64,000 nucleotides of DNA from Raillietiella orientalis (lineage: Eukaryota): the NCBI GenBank assembly GCA_036172245.1, contig JAYWIR010000011.1, forward strand, positions 2,914,001 to 2,978,000. Direction: 5' to 3'. Each line of letters starts with the position of its first letter. Position 1 is the first letter of the stretch. Below, one piece after another: positions 50,701 to 64,000 of the stretch. The position numbers were made by a program, and so were the translations under genes. The notes beneath the pieces were generated by a model, which saw only the letters and a program-made list of their open reading frames with translations, searched no databases and was not told the origin of the DNA.

Positions 50701-53700
50701 AATTATGACATTTATTCTGCTCTTTTTTCCCCTTCATTTGCAGGAACAATCTGTGCTGTTCACTCACTATGGTCTATGTAAAACAAATCAGCCTTTTTTT
50801 TTGTGTGTGTGTGGCAGAATTTATGTTTTTCAGAATTTGTATTCTGTGCCTTTAAGCATTGGTCATTTTCCTATTTGTTTAATTTTTGATTTGATTCAAT
50901 TCGATATTTTGATTCAGATCATGGACAATTTGTGCAGTGTTTTTTAATTATGCAGATACAGGTGACTTGAAGCATTTAAATGTTTTAAAGTTGTATTTAC
51001 ATATTTCCTTGGATGTAACCAATGCATTGTAATTATACTCGTATACCTGAGTTTTGGTTTAAAAACTCGAATTCTAAATTTTAAAAGTGGCAGATTTATT
51101 TTGCAAGCATCTGTTTTCTCTTCATAATAGTGTTTACATATAGCTCCTGGTTTATGTGATATCTAATTTTAATTTCAATACCTGTACTCAAGATATGGAA
51201 TTTTATTTAATATAATCATGTAAAGAAAAAAGTCGGTTTTCAGAAATTGGAAAATTGACTGCTTTCGTTTGCTAAAGTTTAGAATTCTTTCTTCCAGACA
51301 TATTAAATTCTGATGTCTACTTTAGGAAATGCAAAGAGAAAGAATATCAAAACTGTTTATAAAAAAAAATGTCCATGATTGTGATTAATTCCTCCAGTCA
51401 AACATTTGTGTGTATGTGTTTCTTTTATGAACTATTTTCATGTCTCTGATGAGCATTGATAATGGTCATCTACAAACCAATATTTTCGTGCATCAAGGGT
51501 CTTATTTATTTGTACATTCTGGTTTTCTTATATGGGTACTTTATAAAAGTTTTAAGCATGACATATATCTTTTTAAAAATGTAATTGAAAATTCAGTGTA
51601 ACCTCAACACTGAGTGGAAAATAATGCAATTGATGAAATTTTAGGAAACCTAAAGAGTTGCTTCTTACTGCATAGTTTGAACCAAGCATATGTTCAGTAT
51701 ATTTATTCTTTGTGGAAACAGATTCAAAATTTTTTATTGCATTAATTTGAACATTTTCTTGTCTGTTCCTCCGATTGCTATATCTTTTAATGTTGCCATT
51801 TATAAAGCTGTCATTTGTTTAATTTTTCCTGTTCCTGAAGGAACTAAAAGGCAGCTTAGTGGAATTCATATTATTGCAGAGGTTTCTCATTTTAACATTT
51901 AGTTCAACTATTGTTTGTTATTTCAATTTGTTATGATTTCTTGAAAAATCGGTAGATGCAAACGTATAATTCTCCAGAGAGATTCTTTTTTTTTTTTTTT
52001 TTTTAATTTGATAATTCTCTTATTCCTGTGTTTCAGTTTCTTTACTCTTTATGATTTAATGAAACATGGGACCCAGTATTATAGCACTAACTATTATTTT
52101 GCCATTCATTAGGGAATAGATTTTAAAAACTGCATTCAGATGGCAGCATGCTCAATGAATGAGATTCTTCCAATGAATCCGGATTTACCTGCTGATTTGT
52201 TTACTTCATGCCTGACTACTCCAATAGATACTGCATTAAGATGGTAAATCTGCCCCGCCCCTCCCTCCCCCAATATACGAACTGGCGATGGAATCATTCA
52301 TTTGAATTTGATGGACAAAAATTGTTAACGTATGAGTCTCATGAAAGATTTGATTATGTTTTGGTTTCAAATTCCACTGCATTCTACTTAAAAAAATGCT
52401 TCTTTACGTAAATATTTTTTTAAATTTCTATGAAAATAACAAAGTTTGTTTCCCTCCTTCTTTGAGTATTTGTTTTTGGACTTCTAGGTTCATACTTCAA
52501 AATCATGGGAAGCTGTTAAGTTGCGCTTCAAAAGATATGATTGAAAAGTGAGCAGTTGAATTTGAGTGCTTATCTGTCTTTTAAAATATTAATTGCAGGA
52601 TTCCTGGATTGTATAATGATAGGAGAACGATGCTAGGAGAGCTAAATTGGATCTTTACAGCAGTTACAGATACAATAGCATGGAATTCATTTCCAAGAGG
52701 TTAAAAACTATTTTATAATTTTTCAATGATGTTTTTTAGATTTATTTCAAAAGCTTTTTCGTCAGGACCTACTGGTTGCTAGTTTATTCAGAAATTTCCT
52801 TTTGGCAGAAAGAGTGATGAGATCCTATGATTGTTGTCCTGTTTCTTCTCCAAGTTTGCCTCCTACGCATCAAGTATTTGTTACAATTCTCAGTTAAATG
52901 TTTTTTTTTATTCATTGGTTGGTTCTAATTAACTGAATTTGAAATTGCAATTGCCTGAGCAATATTATCAGTTTTAGCATTTTTTGTTTACTTTGATATG
53001 GGTTTTGTATTTTCGTTATGAAGTTTTAAATTTTGATCTTATCTTAATAGAAACTACATAAGAAACTCCACCGATTATGAATTTAAGTGCTTTATTTGAA
53101 GTATGTCGTTAGCAATTATCGTTTTAGCATTATGTTCCAGTGTATCCGTATTTTTGCATTTATTTTTTTCAGCATCCAATGTGGCAAGCATGGGATTATG
53201 CTGTTGATATGTGCTTGTCTCAGCTTCCAAAGCTGTTCAGTTCAGAAACGAATTATGAAACTTCTCATTTTTTTGCTGATCAATTAAGTGCTTTCAAGAT
53301 CTGGTTGAAATATGGCAATCATTTTAGTAATCCAGAACAACTTCCTATAGTGTTGCAGGTAATCATGTCTTAATAATTAGTTGACTGAACTATAATTCAA
53401 AAAACAACATAGATAATCCATAGTTTGTTTTTGAAATGAAGTGTTTATTATAAATTTCGTGTGATGATGGCTTAATTTTTGTTGGGCCATGTGAGTAATT
53501 TAGTTTGAAAGAATAAAAAAACACATGCACTGTTCGATACTCAGAATTATTGAGGATGCATTTGATTGAGTTTGAGAGTAATGTTAAAAATGCTTGTTTA
53601 TGTACACTTTATTTTGCTATAAGTGTATATTTTTTGAAAGTAAGTTACCTCTGTAACCATTACAAGTGTTTTTCCGTTTTTGATCCACTTACTGTTGGAA

Positions 53701-56700
53701 ATATTTGTGTCAAGTATTTATAGTGAATCAACACTTCATAATTAGTTGCAAATCTGAAAAGACGAAAACATTAGAAAAAGACAAATAATTGAAAATGCAC
53801 TTAATTTTAAGAATGGTTTGCATGCGAAATAATTATAACGATGTTACAAATATTGTTTTTTTTACTTTAAATCAGTTGCCCAAAATTGACACTTAGAATT
53901 GGTAAAAGTTTGATGTTATGATGAGGAAAATTCAAAATTGTAAAAAATATTTGAGTGGGTGCATTCCCTTCAGTAATTTCTACTTTGGTTTTTTTGCTGT
54001 AATTATAGAAAATTTGCATTTTGGACAAAATAACATGAATGGTTGATTCATTGTTATTCATTTATTAAAAGTTCTGCATTTGTTTGTTATCACTTGTTTG
54101 TGTTTATAATTCCTTATAGTTTATTCCTAAAAAAATTCTTTATTGATGTGGTAGTTCCCATTGACATACAATAAACCTGTTTCAATAATAAAAATGAAAC
54201 GTGAATTCCTGAATTCTATTATTATAATGCGATTTGAGCATTGTAATAAGATATGATAATGAAATTGTTGGATTCAAATATCAATTCGAAAAAAAGAACT
54301 TTGTGTTTGATTACAACATTTCTTTTTGATTTGCATTGAAAGGACTTAGCATAAATAGGAAAAGTGATGACATATGCCATCAGAAATGAAGTGTTTAAGG
54401 AGATACTGAAATGAAAGATTTGAACTTTCAGTGTTTATTTTTCAGCAATATAGCAATGAAACTGGAACATTAATTTAAGCATCTTTACAAAAATGTGAAA
54501 GAGTCAATTGCTTTGCTTCAAATAAGGGCATTTATTGTTGGTGATTACCCAATGACTATATCACATATGGTGCATGTTTAAGAACTGAATACTTTTATAA
54601 TGTAATGAAGAAGTTGTAACCTAAGCCCTAAATGCGATGGAAGCTTTCTTTTATAATTTCAGGTTTTATTAAGTCAAGTTCATCGAGTTACAGCCTTACA
54701 ACTTCTTGGAGAATTTTTAGATCTTGGTGAATGGGCAGTTAATTTGGCTTTATCTGTTGGCGTTTTTCCATATGTTCTGAAACTACTGCAAAGTTCTGCT
54801 GAAGAACTGAAACCTTTGCTTGTTTTTATATGGTCCAAAATACTGGCTGTTGATAATGTATGTATTTCAACTGCTTTCGATTCATAAATGAAGAAATTGT
54901 AGAGTTGTTGTGTGGATTTGGTTCGAGATGAAAGTCACAAATACTTTCTGGCGATCTTAACTGATTTATCTCTTCCAGTAAGTAAAGGAATTTCTAGATT
55001 TCCTTATTGAAATTTTTTTTTTATTCTTTGTAATTTACAACTTAATTTATTCTTTGTAATTCATTGGATACATTGATCACTTATGAACTGTAAGCAGATA
55101 AAATAAGTAATAACAAGCGAAATTGTTATTGTGTGTTTAGAAGTGAATATATATCATGTATAGAATTTAGAATTGAAATTCGAAGGAAAAAATGGCAATT
55201 TTCCTCATATTTAAGGCTGAATAAGTCCTTTTACAAATATAAATATAAATGCCCTTTGACAAAAATATAAATACAAACACATGCATGGGTTTGTGTTTTT
55301 AAACATGTGCATTTTTGTGTTTTTATGATCAAACTTTTGCATATGGTGTGAATGGAAATTATGTCCTGTTTTTCAGTTATAATTTTAGTTGATTCATGAT
55401 TATCCCTTTTTCCAATTTGTAATGTAATTGCTTATATTTAAATCATTGACGTTTGTTTATAAACTGTATTTCTTGTCAAGGGTAATTATTCGCCTTAGTT
55501 GAAGTACACATAAAACCTTGGTATCATTTGGGTAAAAGCTACTAAATGTGAGGTGAAAATTACTGCTGATTGAAATGAATATTGTGCAGTACGAATTACT
55601 TTTAAACATCCTCAAGCCTATTCCTCCAATTAAATTATGAAAAGTTCTTAATGAAATATATTAAACAGTCTCATGTATTTTTGTTCTTGATTGCATTTGA
55701 TGTGCTATAATTATTGACATTATTAATGTTAAATACACATATTTAGTGCTTTCATGAATAGATATATTTTTTTGAAGTGATATATGTCATCTTTAATGGA
55801 ACTGACTGATTAACTATTTGCAAAATAAATTGATGCTTATACATGTTGGCTTTAAATTTATACTTATGTGTGTATATTACAGTCCAAGTGCCGAACAATG
55901 GCTGCATTTATTCTATCATGCATTGCAAGCAATTATCAACCTGGACAAGATGCTTGTTTGAAAGGCAACATAATTTCAGTTTGTTTAGAACAACTTCATG
56001 ATCCCTCACCTTTACTGCGAAGATGGTTGGCAATATGTCTTGGAAGAGTTTGGATGAAGCATGATGATGCTAGGTGGTGTGGAGTTAGGGATGTCGCTCA
56101 TGAGAAATTGTATAACCTCTTGAATGATCCTGTTCCAGAAGTAAGAATACCTATGTGTTTATACATCGAATTTCCTGTTTGCTCAGGTTCGCACAGCAGC
56201 TGTGTTTGCTCTCGGATGTTTTATAAATGCAAGCAGCACTAGAACTGATCATTCAAATACCATTGATCATAGTATTGGCATTGTATTATCCAATAGTATC
56301 AAACAAGAAGCTAGTCCTTTAGTTAGAAAAGTAATTAACCATGTCCATGTGAATTTATGTAATCTTTTCAAAGTTATTCTTGTGTTTTTCTAAGTTCATT
56401 TAAATCACCAATATTTATTTTCGCATCAATTTTATTATTGTATTTCAAGGAAATTGTTACTGCATTATATTGGTTGATTCTTGCATTTGAAAATTCTTTT
56501 ATTGCATTATATCTGCAATTGCATGAGGAAGAAAAAATGAAAGAACAGTCTTCTCAATTTACAGTTTCTGAAGGTAGTGTAGTTATTTTTTAAAGTTGAA
56601 GCCGGATATATAACATTGTTATATGAAGTGTCAAGTTAAAATTTTCCATAACAGCACCTTTGTAATTGACTCTACAAATTATACTGATTAATCTTTACAA

Positions 56701-59700
56701 ATGGAATGCTTTGGGTTTTTCATTTATAGAACGATTTAAAATGAAGCACAGAAATCAAAACTAAAAAATTTACAGTTGTAATAAAAAAAAACTAACCCTG
56801 TAGGATGTATACCTATCATATACAAAGAAGGGAAAATGTAGAAACTAAATTTTCTCTTTATTAGAAAAATCTGACAAATTTACTTTGGAAACTAAGGCTT
56901 GCAGCCTTGATATGAGTCACAACATTGAAATTTCATATCAAGTTAGTTTCCAAAGTATCCATTCTCTTGCCTTTATTTTATGTAGTGTATGTAACCAGTT
57001 ATTTGTTTCAATTTTGACGAATTATTATGATTCATTGTCTGATATGCTTGTTTGTTATTTACCTTGTTTGTTACTTACCAATTCATGATTTCTTCAGTGT
57101 GCTTGACAAAAGATCTGCTTTCTTCTAAGGCGACTGTATCTCTTGGATAATTGCTAAAAATATGACAAATGTTTACAAAGATATAATGAGTCTTTGATGT
57201 CTCGAGATTTGAAAAATAAAATTGTGCAATATAAATTGTTTATGATATTTTTTCATGGTTATTCCAAAATGCATTTGAGTTTACTGCTAGTTTAGGAAGT
57301 AGTCACTTGGAGAAGTAGATAACTGCACCAATAACATAAAAAACTTATTTGTTAATTTGCTTAAGATTTTTTTTACTCCTATAGATAAATCTGGTTCGAC
57401 ATCTTCAACTTTGAAAAGAATTAGTTCGACATCACGACTGAAACAACAAAGTATGAACATCCATTCTACAGATAATTCTTCACAGCATTTTTTTCTCCCT
57501 GTGCTTGAAAGTCCAATAAAAAGAGTATCTTCTTCTTCTTCTCTGACAAGTTGTGGTGAGATTTTTAATGTCAAATGCTTCGAGCATTCAGTTTTTCTTG
57601 TTAGATGTATTTAAAGTTTTTTCTCCAAATCGAATGTAATTTTTTTTTTTGCGTGTGCACATCTAATATTGTTATGTTATCGGTGAGAATCATTTCAGGA
57701 AACACGCCAATGATATACGCATATAATATTCCATTTTGTAATATCTACTCACAAATATGGCAAAGTATGCATGTATTAAGAGATGATGCCTATCCCGAAA
57801 TTTCCGAGAGAGTTAATGCAGTAATTGATTATATTAAAACTAAGGTAAATTTCAAATTTTTAAATAAGTACATGTGCTTCAAATTTGATATTCTTTGAAA
57901 TTTCCCAAAGTATAATGTTTATTCACTACAAATTTCTGTTAAAAAAAGGAAATTGTTTACCCAGGCTGGTATTGATTTCAATGTTTTTAGGCAGTCAGTT
58001 ATTTACAGTCAAAAAAAGACATCGAAAAGGACAAAGAGTTGTTGAACAAAACTAATGAACATATGTTTTCCATTTCCCCAGGGAGAAAAAATAATTTGTA
58101 AGATCCTTATGTGTTTTTTATTCTTGCTAATTATATAAATCCAGAGATTTAAGTAACATAGAGGGTCATATAGCACCTTTAAATGCTAAAGAAGATAATG
58201 CCAAGGTAAGAATTACATTTCATGTCTCAGTCAAATAAGAACTAAATGAGTTAATAAATACATAATCGGAAGTTATGCCATGCTGTTCCAATTATGTGAA
58301 ACAAAAATGCTTCAACATTTGATTTGAACTCATGTCTGAGTAAAACACCTTCTCATCTAACTAGTTTTCACGCATAAGTATAGTAAAACATGAGAATACA
58401 ATTGAGACACTTATCCTTTATTGTAGTTTCATATCTTTGAAGTCAGTGAATTATTTGTGAACAATTTTGTAAGTGCATGGAACTGTTCTAATAATGAAAA
58501 CCTATTTCCCATTTCACATGTTTCTTTATTGCTCAGGTAGATTAGTATTGTTATTATCAGTTACCTCTACAAAAAAAAAAAATTATTACTTGGAATACAT
58601 TGATTCTGTAATATGATGAGAGGTTCTCTGAATGTAGTGAACACTTATTTTTATTTTCTTTCGTTGTTTTAAAAATGACTCAAAAACCAATCTTTGCTTT
58701 CAATCTTTAACTTTTTCAATTTTGTTTCTTGAATTAGTAAACTGGCAAATACTGACCAAAATTTGCCTACTTTGATTGTTGATTGCTTTTCTTGTGTGCT
58801 AAAAAGAGGTAGATTTTTTTTTTCTTCAGTACTCAACTTTTCTTCCTCATAACTTTGGAAAATTATCGTCTGTCATAATCTCAATCTTAATTTCTCAAAG
58901 AAGGATATTCTGATCTTCCTTTGTTCTTTCTAATCATCCATTAGTTTGAAAATGTAATCAATCATTTTCAAACTAGCCTATGTTTGTCCATTACAAGCAT
59001 GTTCTGGTATCATTATGTTAAAGTGTTCAAAAGTATTCTGAATCGTGAGTTTAAGAAGATATTTAGAGATTTATTATCCCCATTGTTATGCTTAGAAAAA
59101 ACAATGAAGGATATTGTATGGCACCTGTGAAACGATCATCTTGTTAGGTGTTCCCTGTGAAAAGCTTTATACAATGGTTTGTATTCATGTCAGTGAGAAA
59201 TGTGAAACCTCTATGACCCAAATCGAAATTTTTACATCGGAGTTTTATTAATGTTTCTATTTTTGTTTCATTACTGTGCATTGCATTTGCAAAAATAAGT
59301 TCCCTCATTCGTGTCGTGATTGTTGTCATGGTCGCATTTATAACATGATTGACTGACCATTCTGATTCCATAGTTGTTCATGAAGACTTGAGATTTTTGA
59401 GTATGGCTTCGCTATATACTTTCTATTTTCTTCAATGTTGAATGCATGTGGTTATTTCTTTATTTAATTTTTACAATTTGACGTACTAGTACTGCAGGCA
59501 AATTGCCATTCTTGGTATCCTTTCTAAAAGTATCTATAATGATTATTACTGAAGTGTTTGTTCATAAATGGTTACAAAAGAGTTGTATGTTTAATGTAAA
59601 AGATTGTGTTTCCTTTTCGCCAATGCATTCTAATCAAATATATGATTTGAAGTTTCGTTGAAATTCAGGAATAAAATTTCTGTTATCAATTCATGATGTA

Positions 59701-62700
59701 GAAACAGTCTCGTAAAAAAGAAATTCTGAAGGACACGAAGTTTGTGCAGTGGAGCTCAAGGTATTTTTCGCAGTCTTTCATGAGTGGATTCAAACAGGAT
59801 GACTGTGAAAGTACCAGTTTTCTTATGAAACAGTGGAAGTAGGTTTCAGGTATTAATTCTATGAAAATGTATTCTTATGCAGATCACATAAATACAACTC
59901 TGTGAAAGCACAAGCTGCATCTGAAAAGGCACGACTTGGAGCAGATAAACTAGAAAATCAGCTGTTCTTAAAAAAGAACTGCAACATACCATCTGTTATC
60001 CAGCTTCATCCCTTTGAGCCTTTTATTTTTGCTGCGGATCGAAATTCTATAAGGTGAATGGTAGCAAGAAGAGCCTTTTGTTTTTTCTTTTGAAATCTAT
60101 CTATATCTGCATTCAGTGTTTGGGATTGGGAAGAATCGTGCCAGCTGGTAAATTGGCAAAATCATGAATCAAGAAGTACACAAATAAGTTCCCTAAAACT
60201 TTTAAATGCCCACAGCAATGCCTTAGTATTATGTGGGTCTGATGATGGCAATGTAAGGGTTTGGAACAATTATTTACAGAATTCCGATAAACCTTGTCTG
60301 ATATCCGCATGGAGTGCAATGCAGGAATTGAGAACTCATGTTAAAAGTCAAAAAGGTAAACGATTTTGATTTCATATTGTTGAAATTATGAATAAGACCA
60401 TATCTTGTGCGTTGGAAATTATAAAACCGCGTTTAATTATAAATGTAAATATGAAGTGTCAATGATCGTAATGATATTCATAATTTCATTTTCTGTATGC
60501 TTTTAAAATTTGTAAATCTCTGAAGAATTGTTTAAAATTTCGAGAGAGAGAGATTGAGGGGGGGGGATGAATGCATGCTCATTTTGAAAAGAATCTGAAA
60601 ACAATCTTCATTTGCCATTTGCATTATAATCAGGTAGCGGAAAATTATTTTGAATTTTTGTATAAGATAAGACGATAATGCACTTGTCACGTTTGCAAAT
60701 ATGGAGTACATCTGAAGATCGTGTGAATGTGAAGATAAATAATGTGTATGTGAAGTAAATAACAGAGGCGCAACACAGGAGTTTGAGAATGCAAATTCCT
60801 TTCTCTATATTGGATTCTTACAGAGGTGCTTCAAATGCCTAATAAACCAAGTACTTGTGGCAAGAGCCTGCGGTGATTCCCTGTACTGATGGAATTATCT
60901 CGGGCATTTATGCAAAATTAATTGAAGTTTTTAGAAAACAAATATTGAGCACTTCTTAATTCACGCCTTTGATTAAAACCGTGCTTCATGGGCTTGTTTT
61001 TGGTTTAAACCATTTTTCCCTTGCTTTCTTGAGTCTTCAGGATACTATGGTAATAGATTAATTTATTTCCTAGTTTTCCGAGTTTGATAAGCACTTAAAT
61101 CGGAAAGGAGATTTCCAGCGAAAGTCCATAGTTTTCCTTGACCGTTTAGGAAGATCTCTTTCTCGTGAGTTTTAGTACTTGTACTGTCATCTAAGCGTCC
61201 CTATTTAAAGTGTCATTAAGATGCTGAGTGCGCTCCGTCAGAAGGTGGGTTCGTTTGAATTTGCCAAGATGCATACTAAATGGCTTGTCTTGATAGCAGT
61301 ATGCAATAAACTTGGGAAGTACCGTCTTATTTTTCGTACTATTCATCGTTTTCACTTGAGGAGCTGTCATGCCAATCATATTATGGAGACTGTTTCCATT
61401 TACATAAAATTAGAAAGGTACTGTAGGAATGAATTTCAAGAATTATATTCGTAAGGAAGTAAAATGCGTAGAGGTGGGGTTAATTGTGACGGTTTTGGTC
61501 GACTTGTGTACTCGATGTATTAAGAGTACAATACGAGTATGAACAAACTCCCACCTTCAACGATAAGACACAGAAAGGAACTTTTCTTGTGTGCTTAATT
61601 ATTCTCGAGTGAATTTCTTCTTGACGAAATCTCTGATAAAGACGTGATGTGCAGTGCACAGCATTCATATACGCTGTTTCGATTTCAGGAAAACGTGTAT
61701 CAGAAAATAATAAAAATGAATTACATGCAGATCACAGTAAAGTGTCGTTTAAACAACTAAGGTGTATTTAATTCATGGGCATTCAGCTATAAAGGCAGCA
61801 TTTTTAAGTTTATTTTCTGATGTATTTGGTTGTGTGCTTTTCGCTTGCTAATTTAGGTACTCATGTATTATTACGTATCTTTCTTTTGATTGTGAAATTT
61901 TCACCGTTCGACACTATTAATCAGTTGCATAGAATATGTGTCATGCAGCTTCCCCCCCCCCCCCCTCTCCGTTTGTAACCGCCCACATTCGACACTGATA
62001 AGCAGTCGATTCCTTACGATCTTGAAAGCGCGTGCACTTCACCTTGGAAAAGATGGTGATGGTTTCCCCTTGCCGGTCATTTCTGTTCTGCAAACGCATC
62101 AGAAAAGTGCAAGCTACTTGTTTCTTAGAAATGCGTCAGTCCACTTCAACCTTGTAAGGACAGCAAGCTCAAAAATGTGGGAAAAGGCTACAGCGTATAA
62201 CTCTACAGCTCTCATCATGCTGCGTTGTTAAAAAAAAAAAAAAAATAGATATTTTCTAAACATTACCATTGATGTAGATGTGCGCAGCGATGTTGCACAA
62301 CGTCAAGTTCCATCTTTTGAAGGGATAGGGCAGTGTGGCCAGGCCTCGCTAGTTCTTTGGTCAGTGCACCGATGACCGCCAGACCTTGCTTCGCCGGCAG
62401 CCAACTGCCTTTCCTGTTTCGTAGAGCTGAGTTCCGCCTGCCCGGCAAGAAATTGGGTAGCTTTGTATTTCCTTCTAAACTTGGCGTGGAGAATACGGTT
62501 TAGTATTAATGATAGAAAAGACATTGCATCGTATCGGTTTCGTGAAGGATCGTCTGCACAGCAAAGCAGTGTCTGCCACAAGCTGCTGTCCTACCACCCT
62601 GACGGGTGGTTCTTACGTTCATTTCTCCAGACTGCAAACACACCGACTCGACCATCTCGACCAGCCAAACATTTTCGGAAGACTGAACTTTCCAAAATGA

Positions 62701-63860
62701 GGTAGTCCTTCCCCGAGGGCAAAGAAAGCTAACTGGAATTGAGCTGCACACTCGCAAACCCAACTAATCGAGGAAGTCATTCGAGGACTTTCTGAAGTTT
62801 TGTCGGCAGTGTCTTCGCAACACCTCAGTGAAGTATAACCCACAGAGTAAGAATGAGAGCGTGCAACCGCAGAGGCGAACCCAACTGGACCACACTCGCT
62901 GAGAGGCGAGCCACGATGCAGACCTCTTTCGACATTCCAGAGATTCGTTTCGTCTCAGAAGAGGGCACGTAGAAGGCGGCGCCATCACACCGTTTCCCTG
63001 TGGTTTTCCCATAGACGAGCGTCGGCCACGAGTGGCTTCGATTGCGCGTGAGCGATTATTTCGCAAAGACAACTGAGTAGATTCGGTTTTGTATGTGTCC
63101 GTCGCAGCATCCACGCCTCCGATTTTCAAGGCGGGTCCTCATTTCCTACCGATGTGGAATCGATTTTGGTTTTATTTGTAGGGCATCTTCTGTATTATTG
63201 GGGAATGGTTTGATGTCTTACGTGTAAGGATGTTTTTAGTTTTGGCGTGTTGTTATTGTACACTGCAGTGTACAGTGTGTGTATGTGTGTGTGTGGGGGG
63301 CAGAAGTCTCAGTCTGCAGGAAAGCGCAAGTCCACAGCGGTTTCCTGTTTACCAATAATTGTACGTGACAGAATTTCAATTCCAGGCTCCCCATACAAAG
63401 GGTCGGAAAAAAAAAAAAAATTGCGCCAGTGTTTCTTGTACAGCGTCGCATTGAAAGTTCAGTTTGTTTGCATTGAATCAGTTTCCCTTTAAGTGACTTT
63501 CACGATTGATTTCCCTTATATCATGGGATGTGACTTACTAGCGCCCTCCATCAGTAATTTGAGCACGTTCAACCGCTCGTGTGTGGCACACTGTGCCTGC
63601 AAATGGTGTTCCGACATGCTAATGGCGTGCCTGTCCCGATGACGACACACTTCACTTAAATCAAAGTTTCCGTTTTAAACTCTGTCGTTTATTCGTAGGA
63701 AACGGTTTGCTGCTCAACTGGAATCAGCTCTCACAGCAGCTGATAGCTGCCGGCGATGTCCATTGGATAAGACTTTGGGATCTGCAGAAAGAATTGAAAG
63801 TTGCTGATTTTCCGACTGGAGCAAACTGTTCCGTCACAGCATTAGCATCTCATGAAGATG
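47720..63860 (+). CDS. RPTOR: Regulatory-associated protein of mTOR (Raptor), 3'-incomplete. Exons 47720-47818, 47886-47988, 49115-49356, 50427-50573, 52113-52243, 52488-52547, 52599-52699, 52740-52873, 53173-53358, 54663-54857, 54903-54977, 55883-56140, 56187-56330, 56450-56573, 57385-57555, 57699-57844, 57991-58097, 58145-58205, 59702-59838, 59883-60053, 60117-60355, 63699-63860
   Basis: RNC domain [89 protein letters not shown] repeats; WD40 start ([19 protein letters not shown]). Small exons in poorly conserved linkers may be missed. Confidence 0.98.
60750..61700 (-). mobile_element. Possible very degenerate CR1/L2-like RT fossil in a Raptor intron
   Basis: Ordered weak remnants YQRFR (Q.GFR), VDQNRH (FD.V.H), LDD (ADD), RWKSPF..VLIKLGK and SVQ (E.VQ). 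Confidence 0.35.
62260..63140 (-). mobile_element. 3' remnant of a second RLE-type (R2/NeSL-like) non-LTR element in a Raptor intron
   Basis: GC-richer block with FRKC (decayed CR.C knuckle), AKFRRKYK (K..KY) and [14 protein letters not shown] (GSW.P.N...L..LG). Confidence 0.5.
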
Positions 63861-64000
63861 GTAAACTCCATTTTTCTTTCTTTCTTTTTTCCTTCCCCCG
63901 TTTGATTTGATGGTTTGCCGGAAGAGTTTCGATTGGTGAGCTTGGACAGTCGTTTCGCCCTGCGGCCTCTCCAATGAGGAATGCAGTCGTGTGTTGGTAA

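Noticed and set aside
54364..54409. C-box/D-box pair (GTGATGA...CTGA) in a Raptor intron suggesting a snoRNA
   Set aside because: Too short, no terminal stem and no recognisable rRNA guide; such motifs are common in AT-rich introns.
1..64000. CRISPR arrays, operons, rRNA or nuclear tRNA genes, prokaryotic defence systems
   Set aside because: No regularly spaced repeats or recognisable structural RNA genes; the window is intron-containing animal DNA.

Overview
Eukaryotic nuclear DNA from an invertebrate animal, most likely an arthropod (spliceosomal GT-AG introns, animal-type proteins; the species cannot be fixed from sequence alone). Six spliced genes were reconstructed by hand: a divergent CCDC125-like gene (+, ~1.5-14.8 kb), OGDH (+), a two-exon UPF0728/C10orf53-like gene (-) whose first exon is missing from the ORF track, PSMD1/Rpn2 (+), UBFD1 (-) and Raptor (+, running off the end). 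Large introns and intergenic DNA hold heavily eroded transposon fossils (L1/Tx1-, R1-, CR1-like and RLE-type NeSL/Utopia-like LINEs, a Ty3/Gypsy pol, a hAT-like transposase) and one well-preserved hAT MITE. The most notable items are an intron-retaining, disabled fragment of the RIM-binding protein SH3-1 exons lying antisense in an intron, a probable nad5-derived NUMT in a PSMD1 intron, recurrent perfect short hairpins that look like repair scars, many 40-56 nt introns, tightly convergent gene pairs and sharp GC/CpG domain switches. I found no convincing novel multi-gene system. All homology calls are motif recognition from memory, not database searches. Most long ORFs listed for the first 12 kb are GC-driven noise.
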